A stretch of 64,000 nucleotides of DNA, from the NCBI GenBank assembly GCA_965287045.1, contig OZ336870.1, positions 99,882,001 to 99,946,000 on the forward strand. Direction: 5' to 3'. Numbering within the stretch: the stretch's first letter is position 1; the number at the start of each line of letters is the position of its first letter. Under the pieces are notes generated by a model. It did not search any database and was not told the DNA's origin. It was given only the letters and a program-made list of their open reading frames with translations. Positions 24,165-37,511 of the stretch are shown piece by piece. The position numbers and the translations under genes were made by a program. Origin of the DNA: Carcharhinus amblyrhynchos. Taxonomy: Eukaryota.

Positions 24165-24328
24165 CTTGACATTCAAATTTCTTAGAAGGAGTGGTGAGCA
24201 GTAGCTTATCTGTCATTTCACCAGGTCCAGCACAGCGAGCTATGCCTGGCTCTTTATAGCCCGACTTCACCCAGTCAGATAACCACTGCATGTTACAGTC
24301 GCAATACAGGGGGTTTGCACCAAGAGCT
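24165..24328 (-). CDS. SLIT2: SLIT2 exon (~26), LRR domain 4 C-cap, 164 nt
   Basis: ttccag|...|gtaatg. Translates [54 protein letters not shown]. Confidence 0.97.
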
Positions 24329-24843
24329 CTGGAAAGATAAAACAAAATTGCTCAATTGCTTTTCTACCCACAAGAACATTGTTCCAACGTTTACAATTAT
24401 TGTGATGCCAGAACTGACGGCAGCATCTGAATTCTGCACCCGCGCAATTAAATATGTAATTTGATTCTTTTCCCAAGGTGAGCTGTTGATGTCCTCCAGG
24501 AGGTAATCAATTAAGTATCATTGAAATTACAAGAACTTGTTCTTTATGCTCTAAGTCTTTCTGTAAAAACCTCTGAAAAGGTTGACCTAGTTGAATATGG
24601 TGCAACTGGGTTTTTAATGGAGTAGTAAGCTCATAATTACTGCTAAACAGCCCCATTTTATATTTGTTGACTGTCAGATTTCCCCATTATGATAAATTCC
24701 ACATTGTTCACTGGTTGTTAACTTGCTGGTTAGCCGTCTGTGAGAACATGCAGTGTGATTAACTCCTCATAACATCACAGTTGCTGGATATCTGGAAACC
24801 CCTTTGACTTGAAAGGAAGAGCCTGTACCATGGAGATCACTAT

Positions 24844-24965
24844 GGGTGGGATTTTACAGCCTCGCTCGTCTCTAAACTGTAAAATTCTGCCCCAGGTCAA
24901 CGGACCTTTCCGTGGTCCACTCCTCACCCGTTCTGATTCCCATGATGGGCGGGATGGTAAATCCT
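24844..24965. mobile_element. MITE-like short element
   Basis: gggtgggattttac...ggtaaatcc. Reverse-complement relative at 61152-61267. Confidence 0.55.
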
Positions 24966-25213
24966 TGTGGTCAGCTTTCTTTGAAGTCAGTGACAAGTGC
25001 CATAGCTTCACTGCTGATCGAAACATTCAGCCCATTAAACAATCAGAAAAATAAGTACAAATAAAGCTACTTGTCCCATGTAACTCATCCTTCCATTGAA
25101 ACCAATGTCTCCCAGCTCCCCCACTGCTACATCCAAATGCCACAAAAAGGGTTTCAGTGTATTGGCTTCTACCACCTCCGTGGAAGAAACGGTATTAACT
25201 GTTCATACAATGA

Positions 25214-25529
25214 AGAATCATAGAACCGTAGGGTCATAGATTCCTACAGTACAGAAGGAGGCCATTCGGCCCATTGAGTCTGCACCGAGCACGATCCCAC
25301 CCAAGCTCCACCTTCACATCCCTATGCATTTACTCTAGCTCGACCCCCTGACACTAAGGGATAATTTAGCACAGCCAATCCGCTTAGCCCCTACATCTTT
25401 GGACTGTGGGAGGAAACCAGAGCACTGGGAGGAAACCCACGCAGACTCTGTACAGATAGCGACCCAAGCTGGGAATTGAAACTGGGTCCCTGGACCTGTC
25501 AGGCAGCAATGCTAACCACTGTGCCGCCC
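25214..25529 (-). mobile_element. HE1-type V-SINE with CR1-derived tail
   Basis: Reverse complement of the 21376-21700 type. Confidence 0.88.
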
Positions 25530-26014
25530 AAAGAAGTGGTTCCTTTTCATAACGTCAGTTGATATTCCTTGTCCAATGGTAGTACTGCCTTCTTGAAGCT
25601 ATGCCCAGATTAGCATTTCATGTAAAAGCTACTCTCCTCAGCTATCGTCATAATGCCCTTCCACATTTGCCTCCTTTTAAAGCTGCAGATCCCCAGATTT
25701 CTATAGTTTAGACTCAAGATGTGACCCAGTCAATATATTGCACAGATTAAGCACGACTGGCTCTGATGTTAAACTGCTGATCTGGCAACAATCACCCAAT
25801 TTTATGACTGCGTGGTCTCTCGAGAGCATTTCTTCTATAGCTGCTACCATATTAAGAGACACTCTGCAATGTATTTTTGTTACACATTTAAACACCCTTA
25901 ACTTTTCTTTGTGTGTGAAATAATTTCACGTAAGGAGTGAGATCGGTTTTTCAGGTGGTGCAAAACTGTGGACAGCAAATCAGCATCCTGTTTTAAGGAC
26001 CTTATTTTCCCTAC

Positions 26015-26365
26015 AGAACGAAAGAAAATAAATAGTAGGAGCAGGATTAGGCCGTATGGCCCCTTGGTCCTGCTCTGTTGGTCAATACGATCATGACTGA
26101 TCTTCTGCTTAAACTCTTGTTTCCCATCCACTCCCCTCTTACTCTGATTCCCTGAGCCCCCAAAGATCTGTCTGCCTCAGCCTTAAAAATACTCAATGAT
26201 ACATTCACTGTATTCAATCCATATTTTTCTGCACATAGAAAAATCCAATGATCCATAAACCCTTAAGTGAAAAAATTTCTTTTCATCTCAGTCCTAAATG
26301 GGCAGCTTCTTATACTGAAATGCTGCCCTCTGTTCTAGATTCCTCAGTTAGAGGAAACAACCTCA
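26015..26365 (-). mobile_element. CR1 LINE 3' end
   Basis: aggagcaggattaggccgtatggcccc...atcatgactgatct...aaaatttcttttcatctcagtcctaaatg. Confidence 0.7.
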
Positions 26366-26465
26366 AAGTTGGGTCATTGGATCAAAAATCAAGCTGGGTA
26401 TAAAGCAGGCTGCTGGTTCACTATTACCTGCTTGATGCAATCATCAATGACCAATTCCACCTCTA

Positions 26466-26592
26466 TGGTTGGAATTCTCCAATGTTGTACCCTTGCCAGA
26501 GAGAATAGAGAATTAGGTGCTCAGCCAAATCTCCATTCACAGCAGCAGGACTGCTGCATCCCAGCGGCAGACAAGGTCGGAGAATCACTGCC
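26466..26592. mobile_element. MITE-like element (uninterrupted relative of 61402-61706)
   Basis: ggttggaattctcc...ggagaatcactgcc. The interior is the reverse complement of the host element at 61402-61706. Confidence 0.55.
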
Positions 26593-26985
26593 TATATTAT
26601 CCTGAATGATGAAATAGCAAACAATGATTTCAAGATCCTGCATCATTGCATCTCATTTCTCTATGGTCCAGTCAAAACAAATCCATAATAGACCAAGAAA
26701 TCAATTCATTTCATGCAAAGTGTTATATGGGTAATTTGGTTCAGCAATGTAGATCTCAACTTTAAAACTTTCTGTGAAGGAAATAATCCATTAACTTGTA
26801 AAACTGCCAGAATCATTTTTCCTTCCTAAGTGTTCTAATATCAGGTTTGAGTTTTGTCAACTTTTTGTTATAGACAGAGTAGCTTGATTGAAGATGCTCT
26901 AATTAAAACAGAAGGGGAATTCTGTCTGCTTCAAGTCCAGACCAGAAAAAATTAATAACTGTATCCTATTGACATTTCAACTTAC

Positions 26986-27057
26986 AAATGTGACAGCGAT
27001 GATAGGTCGTTAAACGCTCCTTCAGGGATAGCTGAGATGTCATTTCCATGCAAAGAC
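26986..27057 (-). CDS. SLIT2: SLIT2 exon (~25), LRR, 72 nt
   Basis: ttccag|...|gtaagt. Translates [23 protein letters not shown](L). Confidence 0.95.
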
Positions 27058-27142
27058 CTGGAAAATAGTTTGTGACATACAATGAATGCAATATGCTAAG
27101 GACTTGCACAAATTCTACTCCGCTTCTTCAACAACAATTAGT

Positions 27143-27348
27143 GGGCGGATTCTCCAGCCTCCCATCCATGAATCTCTCGGTGGTGGGAGGTGGTATGGCA
27201 TTCACTGGCGATGGGTGTCTCTGTCCCACTGCAGTCAGTTGGGTTTCCCACTGAAGCCATTCCATTCCGCCAGGAAAGCTGTGGGCGGGGATGTGCTGCC
27301 GGTGGGATGGGAGGATCCCCTTACCAGCAAATGGCCAGAGACTCCCAT
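27143..27348. mobile_element. MITE-like element
   Basis: gggcggattctcc...gagactccc ends with internal palindromic segments. Confidence 0.5.
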
Positions 27349-28001
27349 CTGATGTGTTTCCAGTTTAAGTTTTGCCAAACATTTAACAATTGGCATTATT
27401 TGTTTGGGTTGTGGCAGACCATCGCTTGTACAATGGTTACACTTCTAAATCTGTCTTTTCCATATCAATCACAGAATCATTCAGCTAATTTAAACCTAAT
27501 TTGCAGCATGGAAAACTACAGCATTGGCTGTAACTCAGGCTGGAATTTTCCAGCTCCATTGTGGCAGATTCTTCCAAGGTGGATATGGCAAGCCCTGCAA
27601 AATGCACATTTGACTTCGTTGGGATCAGAAGCTGTTGCTGGCAGATGGGGCCTGAAAATCCCATTCTCTGGCTTTCCATTCTGCCCAATAGGACTTGCCA
27701 TTGACTTCAATGTCAATTCAAAATGTTATGATTTGTAAAACCAGCACCCAATCTCAGCAGTTTCCAACAAGCATGCTGGGTTAAAATCATCCCAGTGTAC
27801 TACATCTGTTGCTGGTAATTCTGTCCACAGGGAAAGGGGAACTGATCTTGGAGTATAAACATAGAAAGCCTGCAGTTGGGTAATGGTTTCCCAAGTTGCA
27901 GAGTAAAAAAGTGCTGCTATGAAAGTGTCTTTGCATGAATCAGCATTTCTCCTCAACTCAACTAGAGTAAAATAAAATCTGCATTACAGACCTAAGTTCT
28001 G

Positions 28002-28137
28002 TAAGAAGTCTTACAACACCAGGTTAAAGTCCAACAGGTTTACTTGATGATACCAAATAAACCTGTTGGACTTTAACCTGGTGTTGTAAGGCTTCTTACT
28101 GTGCCCACCCCAGGCCAACGCTGGCATCTCCGCAGCA
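28002..28137. mobile_element. Penelope-like fold-back mini-element (family A, hammerhead region deleted)
   Basis: ~45-bp inverted arms (gtaagaagtcttacaacaccaggttaaagtccaacaggttta and its reverse complement). Direct repeat ctaagttctg at 27992-28001 and 28138-28147. Confidence 0.75.
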
Positions 28138-28311
28138 CTAAGTTCTGACAGTGTGAGCAAATGTTTGTGGTTCTGATTTGTCACCAGACCCACAGGAGTG
28201 CAAATAAAAAGTAAACAGAGTTTTTGTGAGTTGTCAGCCATGAGCTAATGGTATTTCTATACTGTGAGATTTCCAAATCCACGGTCACAAAATTCAACTT
28301 TCAAATCCATT

Positions 28312-28505
28312 GATCCAAAAGCAAAATACTGCAGACATTGGAAATCTGAAATAAAAAGAGAAAATGCTGGAAATACACAACAGGCCTGACAGCATCCGTG
28401 GAGAGAGAAACAATGTTAACCTGTTGAAACAGTTAACTCTGCTTCTCTCTACCCAGATGCTGCCAAAGCAGCTGTGTAATTCCAGCATTTTCTGATTTTA
28501 TTTCA
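28312..28505. mobile_element. Penelope-like fold-back mini-element (family B-related)
   Basis: gaaataaaaagagaaaatgctggaaatac...gcatccgtggagagag versus ctctctacccagatgctg...ttccagcattttctgattttatttc. tttcaaatcc occurs on both sides. Confidence 0.6.
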
Positions 28506-29262
28506 AATCCTCCGGATTTATCATGTACTTTACTCAGGCCTTTTCTGGATCTCCTGAAATTCTGTCCATTCATTTACTGGGGACAACCTAACTCGCCAAG
28601 TTGGAAATCCTCAGAGTCAAGTGGTATGTTAAGCTTGCACCCCACCCAACTTTATTCTCTGCAATATGATCTGTTTGTTTCTAATTACTCATCTGACCCC
28701 ACATTCCCCATAATTTGCGATCAGCTGTGGCCTACTCACGTAGGAGGCCTTACAATGGAATTTTACACACAAGTCCATTTGAAAGTCAGTTGGAGATGGA
28801 GAATACTGCCTTTATACTGATGGTATGCTGTGTCTGTTTGTACACTGATCTCCTGTAGCTGCTGGTTCTGACCATGTCAACCTGGCTGATTCAGATATCA
28901 GGGTCAGCAATTCCCTCAGAGTTGCTCTTGCTCTGCTGCCATAAATGCTGGTATTGTAAGAAAATGTTTATGCACAAAGTGCATGTCTACAAACAAAGTG
29001 ATGATGACAACGTTGGAATAACTCCAAGGAAATTTCTGACTCAGATCTTCTAGGCATTCTGTCATGGCATGCGGATTTGAGGAAGGAGTACGCAGGCACT
29101 TATCCAATAACAAGATGACCAAAATTCTAGCATTGATTGGAATGAGGAAAGTGGCTGGGAAACCCCAAAGCTTCACCTAAGCTTATATAAATGCTGGTAA
29201 ACAGTGCTGCAGCATTTAAAAATGTTGGCAATGGGAGCCATCTGATCTACTCTCGTACTTAC

Positions 29263-29334
29263 AACAAACGCAGGGACTTTAAACCGTCGAACGTTCGAAC
29301 TGGGATACACCTGAGCCGGTTATAACTAAGAATT
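29263..29334 (-). CDS. SLIT2: SLIT2 exon (~24), LRR, 72 nt
   Basis: tcacag|...|gtaagt. Translates [23 protein letters not shown](L). Confidence 0.95.
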
Positions 29335-29533
29335 CTGTGAAGATAAAAACATCATGTTAGATGAAATATGGCAGTTTGTAACAGGAGCAAATAATCCCAT
29401 GCTGGGGACAGGGCCAAATATTCCTCTACTTTGCAAACCTGCAGTTGAGTTTGGATATGGCTAGTTTAATCAGTTTTGTTTTTCTACAACCAAGAGGTAT
29501 CCTGGTTTAATGCCAAATAGATATTATACTTAC

Positions 29534-29605
29534 AAAGTCAGGAGCTCTGTCATGTTGCTGAAGCTCTGATTGTACAATGTACTGATCCTGTTGTTACTTA
29601 AATCA
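29534..29605 (-). CDS. SLIT2: SLIT2 exon (~23), LRR, 72 nt
   Basis: ttccag|...|gtaagt. Translates DLSNNRISTLYNQSFSNMTELLT(L). Confidence 0.95.
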
Positions 29606-30678
29606 CTGGAAAACAGAGAGTATAATTAGAACAGTTGGTAGAGAAGGGTATCTATGTGATCTATGTCCATTGTAGCTCCAAATATCACAAGATTTGAGGC
29701 TATAAGATGTCTAAGGCATAGCACGATGAATCAGGGTTTGGAATTTAAAACTTGCCAAGCAAATTGCACACGTTTTTTTTACGCTGCAATCAATTGTGCA
29801 AATTAGAAAGTGTTCTCACTGTCTAACCATCAAACCTAAACAAAGCTCCTGTCTTTGGGTGTCTCTTTCTTCGGCAGATACTGGCGTGATGCATAGCCAT
29901 TTGCAGATCCAGAATTCAGGTTGTGGCAATCAAATACCTTGCTGCCAGCTTGGAGGCAAAATACCTCCAAAATAAAAGCAAACCTCCAAAGAATACAAAC
30001 ACAGATGTGAGCCCTTACAAGCCCAAAATTTATTTATAAAAAATATGGCTGGTCCCTCTTTCAGCAAGGACTTCCAGGCACCCCAGAATATGCCTTTCTG
30101 CTCATTTTTTGGGGGGAGATCTGACTGCACAGTGAGCAAGTCACAGAATCACCCTGCACTGTTGCCATATTATATTATTCAGTGTAACTTTAAAATGAAG
30201 CTTTTGCATGAATGGTGTTCAATTTCACAGCGTTGATCACCAGTTCTGCTCTGGCACACCCAGACACGTTGCTTGAAAATCACTTGACTCACTGAATTTA
30301 CTTCTCAAGATTTACATTGTGTCTGCGATGTACAACAGATTCATTCTGGGAGTTCTGATAGTGCAATGATTACTGAACTACACAGATCAGGTATACCATC
30401 GACACTTTCTGCTCTGACTCCCAAATGAAAATGGTCACTGGAAGGATGAGTGGGCTGTTCCCCAGGGTTCCCAGCTCGTGATTCAGCAGGAAGATGAGGG
30501 ATGATGTTGGGAACATCCATTCTGCTTTGCAAGCATTGTTATGAAGGGTTCCAACTGCTCAAGGTCCTGGCCCAACATACCCTCATGGCCCCAGACACCC
30601 AATTAAATTATGGGACAACATACATGAACCCAGAACTACCAAGGCATTCACAAGGTTTGACACTTGTACATAATTTAC

Positions 30679-31029
30679 CATAGAATACCTACTGTGCAGG
30701 AAGTGGCCATCCAGCCCACTGAGTCTGCACCAACTCTCTTAAAGGGCATCTTATCCAGGCCCACTCCCTTCCCCTATCTCCATTACCCTCTGCATTTACC
30801 ATGGCTAATCCAGCTAGCCTACACATCTTTGGACACCAAGGGACAATTTAGTATGGCCAGTCCACCTAACCTGCATATCTTTAGACTGTGGAATGGAATC
30901 GGAGCACCCAGAGGAAACCTATGCAGTGATGGGGAGAACATGCAAGCTCAACACAGACATCACCCATGGCTAGAATCAAATCCAGGTCCCTGGTGTTGTG
31001 AGGCAGCAGTGCTAACCACTGTGCCATCC
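30679..31029 (-). mobile_element. HE1-type V-SINE with CR1-derived tail
   Basis: Reverse-complement SINE ending gaggcagcagtgctaaccactgtgcc. Confidence 0.85.
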
Positions 31030-31199
31030 TTACAGGATACCCAGCACTGCCTGGTACCATCTGTTTCCATGGTCTTTAATGTCCTTAGCAATAAACATGT
31101 ACAGCATGTAGTCAGCACTGATATCCATTATCCAACAACAGTGTTGGAATACACCGCCACAAAAGCAAGACTTGATTCGGAGTTACATATTCACTTGTT

Positions 31200-31515
31200 A
31201 GTGACCAACCTCCTGTGTAGAATGAAGACTGTCAAACTGAACATTAAAATTAGTCAGAGATAAAATTCTGAAGGGACTTGATAGAAGAGATAAAAGGAAA
31301 CTTTTAGTCACTGCTGAGGAATCTAGAACAAGGGCCAGGGCCAGGCTATTCAGCAGAGAAGTTAGGAAGCACTTCATCATGCAAAAGGATTTATTTTGCT
31401 AGCCAAGTGAATAAGGGGATATAAAGCCAAGGTGAGCGGATAGAATTAGGATACAGGTCAGCTATGATCTCAGTGAATGGTTCGAGGAGCTGAATGGCCT
31501 ATCCTGAATCCTATA
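31200..31515 (+). mobile_element. Decayed CR1 3' end
   Basis: aaaattctgaagggacttgatag...tcagctatgatctcagtgaatgg...gctgaatggcct. Confidence 0.55.
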
Positions 31516-31562
31516 GGTTTTTAAATTTCAGTACTTAGGAGTGCAATGTTGAGAGTACCTAC

Positions 31563-31631
31563 ATAAGCAATAAATGCTTGAAGGTGGTGAGTTCCTTTGG
31601 CACCATCACAAATTGATTTCCATCTAGATAT
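31563..31631 (-). CDS. SLIT2: SLIT2 exon (~22), LRR, 69 nt
   Basis: ttccag|...|gtaggt. Translates YLDGNQFVMVPKELTTFKHLLL(I). Confidence 0.94.
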
Positions 31632-33139
31632 CTGGAACACAAAACATTGCATGAGATATAACATCAAGCAGTAGTGATGAATTAGTTTGTGCTCAACCCG
31701 CTATCTTCCAATTTTTAAACAAAATGCACCAATTAACAAAGTAAAAGCTTTCAAAGTTGACCAACCCATTGAAGTGCCAGGGCCCATAGTGCAACAATAC
31801 ACCAACAACAGGAGAAATGAGGAAAGAGGTCAATCCAGATGTGGTGATTCGGTGCCAGCAAGCTTGGTGGATGTCAGGAGGCAAGTATACCTAATGGAGG
31901 GGTTCACGCTTTTACTGTCCTGATAAGGAGCAAAATTTAAAACCCATTTTCTTGTCCCCTCTGCATTGAGACTGGCTGCCAGAGTGGAACCTCCTAGCAG
32001 GTGTCCAGATACATTGACCAACATGCCTTCTAGCCCATAGATTGATGGGAGAGAACTGCAAGAATGAATTTACTTTCATGGCTTGTCTTGGATTATTGCC
32101 TATCTTCTCAAATTATTCAACTGGAGGAGAGGGTAAAGAATACCAGACATTGGCCTCATGCCAATATTTGCTGGTATTCCTCATCCTTTCTCTATGTTTA
32201 AGAACTGAGCACTTGTACTAGAGCTCAGATTAGAGCACCATGAGTCAATATATCATGTAGAATCCCTATAGATTTCTTCAACTATGTTCTAGAGGCATAT
32301 ACCAAAAAGCTACATATTTACATTACATCATTTATGATTGAAAAGCAGCTAACACAAAATTTTGAAAGCCCTGTTGTTTCCTCTCTTCTCACTTCACTCC
32401 TTCCACCCACAACCCCGCCTCCCTCTATCAACTGTAAAGGAAGACTCTTATTTGGTTTTTAAAGTTCTAATCACTGTTGCCCTTGGGAAACCGTTAATTG
32501 TTATTGTTTCTGTAAAATATTCATTACTGTTGATTATGGAAGGCTGGTCATAGACTTTGCCGAATTAAAAATTAATACTGTGCCTCTGTGAAGGGTAACT
32601 CGTTGTTTTAAATATTAATAACAGTGTACAACTGTTCCTCGGCACTCTATGTATGGTCTGGAGTATGAACAAGACTGGTCTACAATTGACTGCTTTAAAT
32701 ATTAATCATTGTAGTGGTCCCCTCCAAATTAATTATTTTAAAAAGGCCCTGCAATCAACTCAAGCCTTTTGCTTTATGAATGTTAGATTGATGAAATAAC
32801 AACAGAAACATCAATAACAAAACCTGAGTAAGTGGAGGTGGTTTTAAACAACAATGACTACAGCATGACTGATGATTCAGTGTGCTGTAACAAGATAGAC
32901 AGTGGTTTGGTAATCATAAGGCCACGATATTCATCTCCCTGAAGAAAAGGATAATTCCTGAACCAATTATTAGCTGTGATTCTAGTTTCTACACTAGTAA
33001 GACCTGGGAATTCATTTGGAAAAATGCATCCTGGGGGAAAATGTAAGTATGGCATTGACAGGGCAAAGCTTCATTAGACTGGCTGGGAGGACGAAAAATA
33101 TATACATTATACCTGCGTCTACCAGCTGAACAAACAGCT

Positions 33140-33470
33140 CGGTGGTGCTGGTGTGTTAAAGACTGTGACGCCGGTGTGTTATGAATCGCAGCGCTGGTGT
33201 GTTATGAAATGTGTGTTATGGACCACGGTGCCGGTGTGTTATGCACCACGGCACTGGTATATTACAGAACGCGGTGCTGGTGTGTTATGGATCACGGTGC
33301 TGATGTGATAGGCGCCGCGGTGAAGGTGCGACAGGCGCCGCGGTGAAGGTGCGACAGGCGCCGCGGTGAAGGTGCGACAGGCGCCGCGGTGAAGGTGCGA
33401 CAGGCGCCGCGGTGAAGCTGTGATAGATAGTGGTCATGATGTGTCGAAAATAGCGGTAATGATGTATTAG
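33140..33470. repeat. 23-bp minisatellite with a perfect CpG-rich core (aggcgccgcggtgaaggtgcgac) x4.7 at 33310-33417
   Basis: Directly visible. Flanking degenerate units (cggtgctggtgtgttatggacca) have the same period. Confidence 0.92.
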
Positions 33471-34683
33471 AATTGGGATGTGTGAGATGTGCAGCTTGAA
33501 GTTACTTAGTGGAAATGTACAATGATCATTTCTTTATTAGGCCAGAGAAATGTTGGATTATTTGGATGACATTGTTCAGAAATGTATAAAATTTCTTACA
33601 TGGAATGGTAATTATTCCCTGACAGCTACTGATTGAACCATCTGAAAAGATGGCGTATGGAAGTAACAACCTTAATTAAAATTCAATGAGTGACTGAGAA
33701 CAACATCTGGAGAATGAGCCTAACATTTTGAGGATATTGCTCAGCCAGTAGAAACAGAGTGGTTTAGGATTCCAAATATCGACACCAATCATCTCACATC
33801 ATTACCATAATGGGGGTAGGTGTCTTGTGTTGTACTTGTTTAGAGACATACGCTCATTCTGCTAGTGCATGTTGAAGTACTCGGAGGACTCAGAACCAGG
33901 AAAGGCCAAAGGAAAATGGAAGTTAAATTTTCTCTTGCATCTAATTGAGCAGGTGGGAATTGTTTCGATCAAAATTAATTTTCTTGAAGCCTTTACTCCG
34001 CCCTCAATGAAAACCACTCCAGCTTTCAGCTAACGAGCATGCTAGTGGACCCATTGGACTGGACTCTCCCAGATAAGGGCCACAAACAATTTCCATATTA
34101 CATCTATCAATTTTCATTAACATCATCATTTCCTTGACTTATAAGGTAGAGCATAACAGTAATCCATGAGTCCAGTGCGTATTATCTCTCAACAATAAAT
34201 TTAAATGATCAGAAAATGATGTCCAGAGCACACACACATTTCCAATAATCACTATGCAGCAGAAAAGCCCCTAACATTCTCATTGAATGGAAGACACAAA
34301 GTTTGGAACTTTAATCAAACTATGCCATGGACAGAGATGGAAATGTAAAATGTCTACCCTGTAACTCTGCAGAATGCCAACATAATTGCACAATTCAAAC
34401 AAGGAAATGAAAGATAAAACTATATTAAATTCAATACAAGCTGGGCGTTGCTTCAGAAGATGTGTGCATGTTAGTGCTATGTAGCTAATCTTCACATTTT
34501 TCTGGTTACAAGAAATTACAATTTCCTCCACAGGGCTCACAGCTGCCATCTGATAAGTGTCTTTTGACTCCAGATTGCCATGTTTGATTAGCACTCTTTG
34601 GACTATGCTTCATCACTGAAACTCCCTCCATAATTACTTTGAATATAAGCTGTCAAAGGTAAGAGTTAAAAAGTGAGTCTCAC

Positions 34684-34816
34684 AGTTCTGTCACATCTTT
34701 GGGAAGGCCCTTGGGTAAGGCCTTCAGTCCCTTGTTACTGCAGCGGACCACGGAATCCAGACAAGTGCATTCAGCAGGGCAGCGAGCAAGGGGCGAACAG
34801 CTGTTGTCATCATTTC
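34684..34816 (-). CDS. SLIT2: SLIT2 exon (~21), LRR domain 4 N-cap, 133 nt
   Basis: atccag|...|gtgaga. Translates [45 protein letters not shown]. Confidence 0.96.
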
Positions 34817-35863
34817 CTGGATTGTGGACAGAAGAGATAACTGTGAGGCAAACTAAACAAGTTATTTCCTTCAATTTGAAGGACAGTTCAAAAGGATAGC
34901 AAGACAAGGGCCCTTGTTTGAGGTAATAGATTCAAGCTGTTCACATTAATTCATGTTGGGGTACAGTAGCATTGTTGTACTGAAATGAAAAGTGCACCAA
35001 GATTAAAAATCTTAAAAAGGGAATAATGGATATCTGGCAGTGATTCACCATCAGTAATTTAATTGAGTTGTTCAGATGTTTTTTTAGTACATATGGACTG
35101 GCTAGCAGTAATTGCAAGGTAGTAATCTAGTCAAATCGTTCAGATGACATAAGGAAACTTTAATAGTGAAGCTGCGGTGAAATGAAATAATCAGCACCTG
35201 GCACCAAGGATAAGATTACTGTCTTATTCCCATGCAAGTCCACCAGTCTCCAGTTTTAAGTTCATGGTTGTGCCTTGCTTGAACCTCTATGAATGTATCA
35301 CATTACTCAAACATCTTGATTAAAGTTTTGTCTAAGTTTAAATAATACAAATTGCAAAATACATTCATATGATACACAACCACTTAATGCATTTATATGA
35401 AAATACTGAGCCTCCCATTTCAACATTACTCATTGTTCACCCTCTGGAATAATATACATTGGTGGTGGGGAGAAACCACATTAAAAAAAATCATTGAGGT
35501 AAAGGGCGCCTTCAGTAAAATCCCTCAGAAATTGAAGTAAGATCCTCAATTTTATCGAAACAAAGGAATGGCCATTTCCTGTCATGGTCAACCTGTCCTT
35601 TCCCCTGCTCTGGTACGTAAAATGTCAATAATTAATCTTGCAGTGACATGTGCACTCAGCACCATTAAAAGGACATGGTACATTTAAGGTAAGCTTATTA
35701 CATCTGTTTTTGTTGTAAATTACTAATTTACAACAAGAATATCACTGGCACCGCTGAGTTTTCCAATGGAAATCTAACATGTTTGGAAGATGCACACACC
35801 CAATGGTTGCCAGAACAGACTCTCTTAGAGATATTTTACACATTGCAAACTTTGGCACAGTGA

Positions 35864-36137
35864 ATGGTGGCACAGTGGTTAGCACTGCTGCTTCACAGCG
35901 CCAGGGACCCAAGTTCGAATCCTGGTTTGGTTTGAGTGGACTTTGCACATTGTCTCAGTGTCTGCATGGTTTCCTCCAGGTACTCCGGTTTCCTCTCATA
36001 GTCCTGGTTGGGTGCATTGGCCATGCTAAATTCTTGCTCAGTTTACCCAAACAGGTGCTGGAGTGTGGCGACTAGGGGATTTTCACAGTAACTTCATTGC
36101 AGTGTTAATGTTAGCCTACTTGTGACGAATAAATAAA
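35864..36137 (+). mobile_element. V-SINE (HE1-like), alternative-tail subfamily
   Basis: Same head, core and tail as 8478-8763. Confidence 0.85.
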
Positions 36138-37511
36138 TACATAATCATATCCATACCTGCAGAGAATGGTAGCCAGACCGTGTTCTGACAGATGTTTAGT
36201 GTTTTACTAATTCTGCTGATGATGTCATGAACTATGGGAATGCCCAATCAATTTTAATGCTGGATGCTCCTTCAGCAGCACCCCAAGCACAGTGTGCCCA
36301 AATTTCAGTGACAATGGAAGGAAGCAATTCAAGGGTTACCAAATGTCAAGCTTATCTAACAAGGCACGCCTTGCAAGATGGTGCACTACCATGCATTTCT
36401 GAAGATCATGGCATGCCTACCTAAGAATGGTTACAGGGAACTGTATTCAGCAAGTATAGAGTTCCATTATCTGCTGCAAATTTACCTGCAGATACTGTAC
36501 AAAATGAGGTTAGCACATCCAAATAAATTCTGAAACTTAATTCATTGCAGGCATGCTATAATGCAGACAGATGTGTTTGGTGCCAGGGATCAGTGCATAG
36601 GGCAACCACCCTCACAACAATATGGTCACACAAAGTCACGATCTGCTAAGTGTGCTCCCAAAACTAGACTGAAACTGCAGTTGTGGTTCTGCTGATGACC
36701 CGACCACATAAAATTGGAGAAAACACATTTCCATTCCAAACAATTTGAACCATGCCAATTAATGTTCTGAAACAAACTGTGCCAGCAGTAGAAAATAGAA
36801 AACTGACCAAGATTTTCATAGCACAGTGATAGTTAGTATTGCACCAGCTTTCATTTCATCAGCTTGACAACAACTTCACTGACATTAACTGAAGCATGGG
36901 GGGGCGGGGGGAGGATTAAATAACATTGACGTTTTGGAGTACAGTCCCCAATATGAACAGCGATGCATGCTTGAAAATCAATTGCCTGTTGAGTTACAAT
37001 TTGTGTCAGGAAGTGATTAGCAAGCTTTCAATCCAAATGCTCAATGTATTTCTTCCTGGAACAGGTATTCCAGCTGCACCTGCAATGATTTCTACAGTCC
37101 ATCACTGAATGTAGGTCTATGAGATTCACTCTGCAGATTAGACTGGAATTGGCTCAGGTTCAGCTGCATTAGGAAGTAATACAAATAGAGCATAAGGACT
37201 GACAGCTTGAAAACTGTTCCCTGACAGAAACTTCACTGTTCTCGGAGGGAGAAAAAAATGTGTTTTCAAACATTTGTCATTGAGAAGAGAAACTCTTGCT
37301 GTTGCAGCTGACAACTAGAATGCAAAAACATTTAAAAACACTTTTGTTTCGACAAAGCAAGATAACTCTGGCACAAGACAGGAATGTGAGACTTATGATA
37401 TTGCTCAAAACTTTAAGTTTGAACCACAATTAAAAGCAATGCATGCTCAAGTTTCCTATAGGCATCATAACAGGAATGCAAAGCCAGGAAGTTACTCAAT
37501 CAGGGCTACAC

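Noticed and set aside
23001-24169. Direct repeat TCAAG|GT at both ends of the intron between exons ~26 and ~27, suggesting recent intron gain by insertion
   Set aside because: It largely coincides with the AG|GT splice consensus, and as recalled the intron position is shared with mammalian SLIT2.
27190-27738. 182-aa ORF
   Set aside because: Runs through two MITE-like repeats, has a non-ATG start and shows no domain signature.
30664-31263. 199-aa ORF
   Set aside because: Mostly the reverse strand of an HE1-type SINE. Similar peptides recur in other SINE copies.
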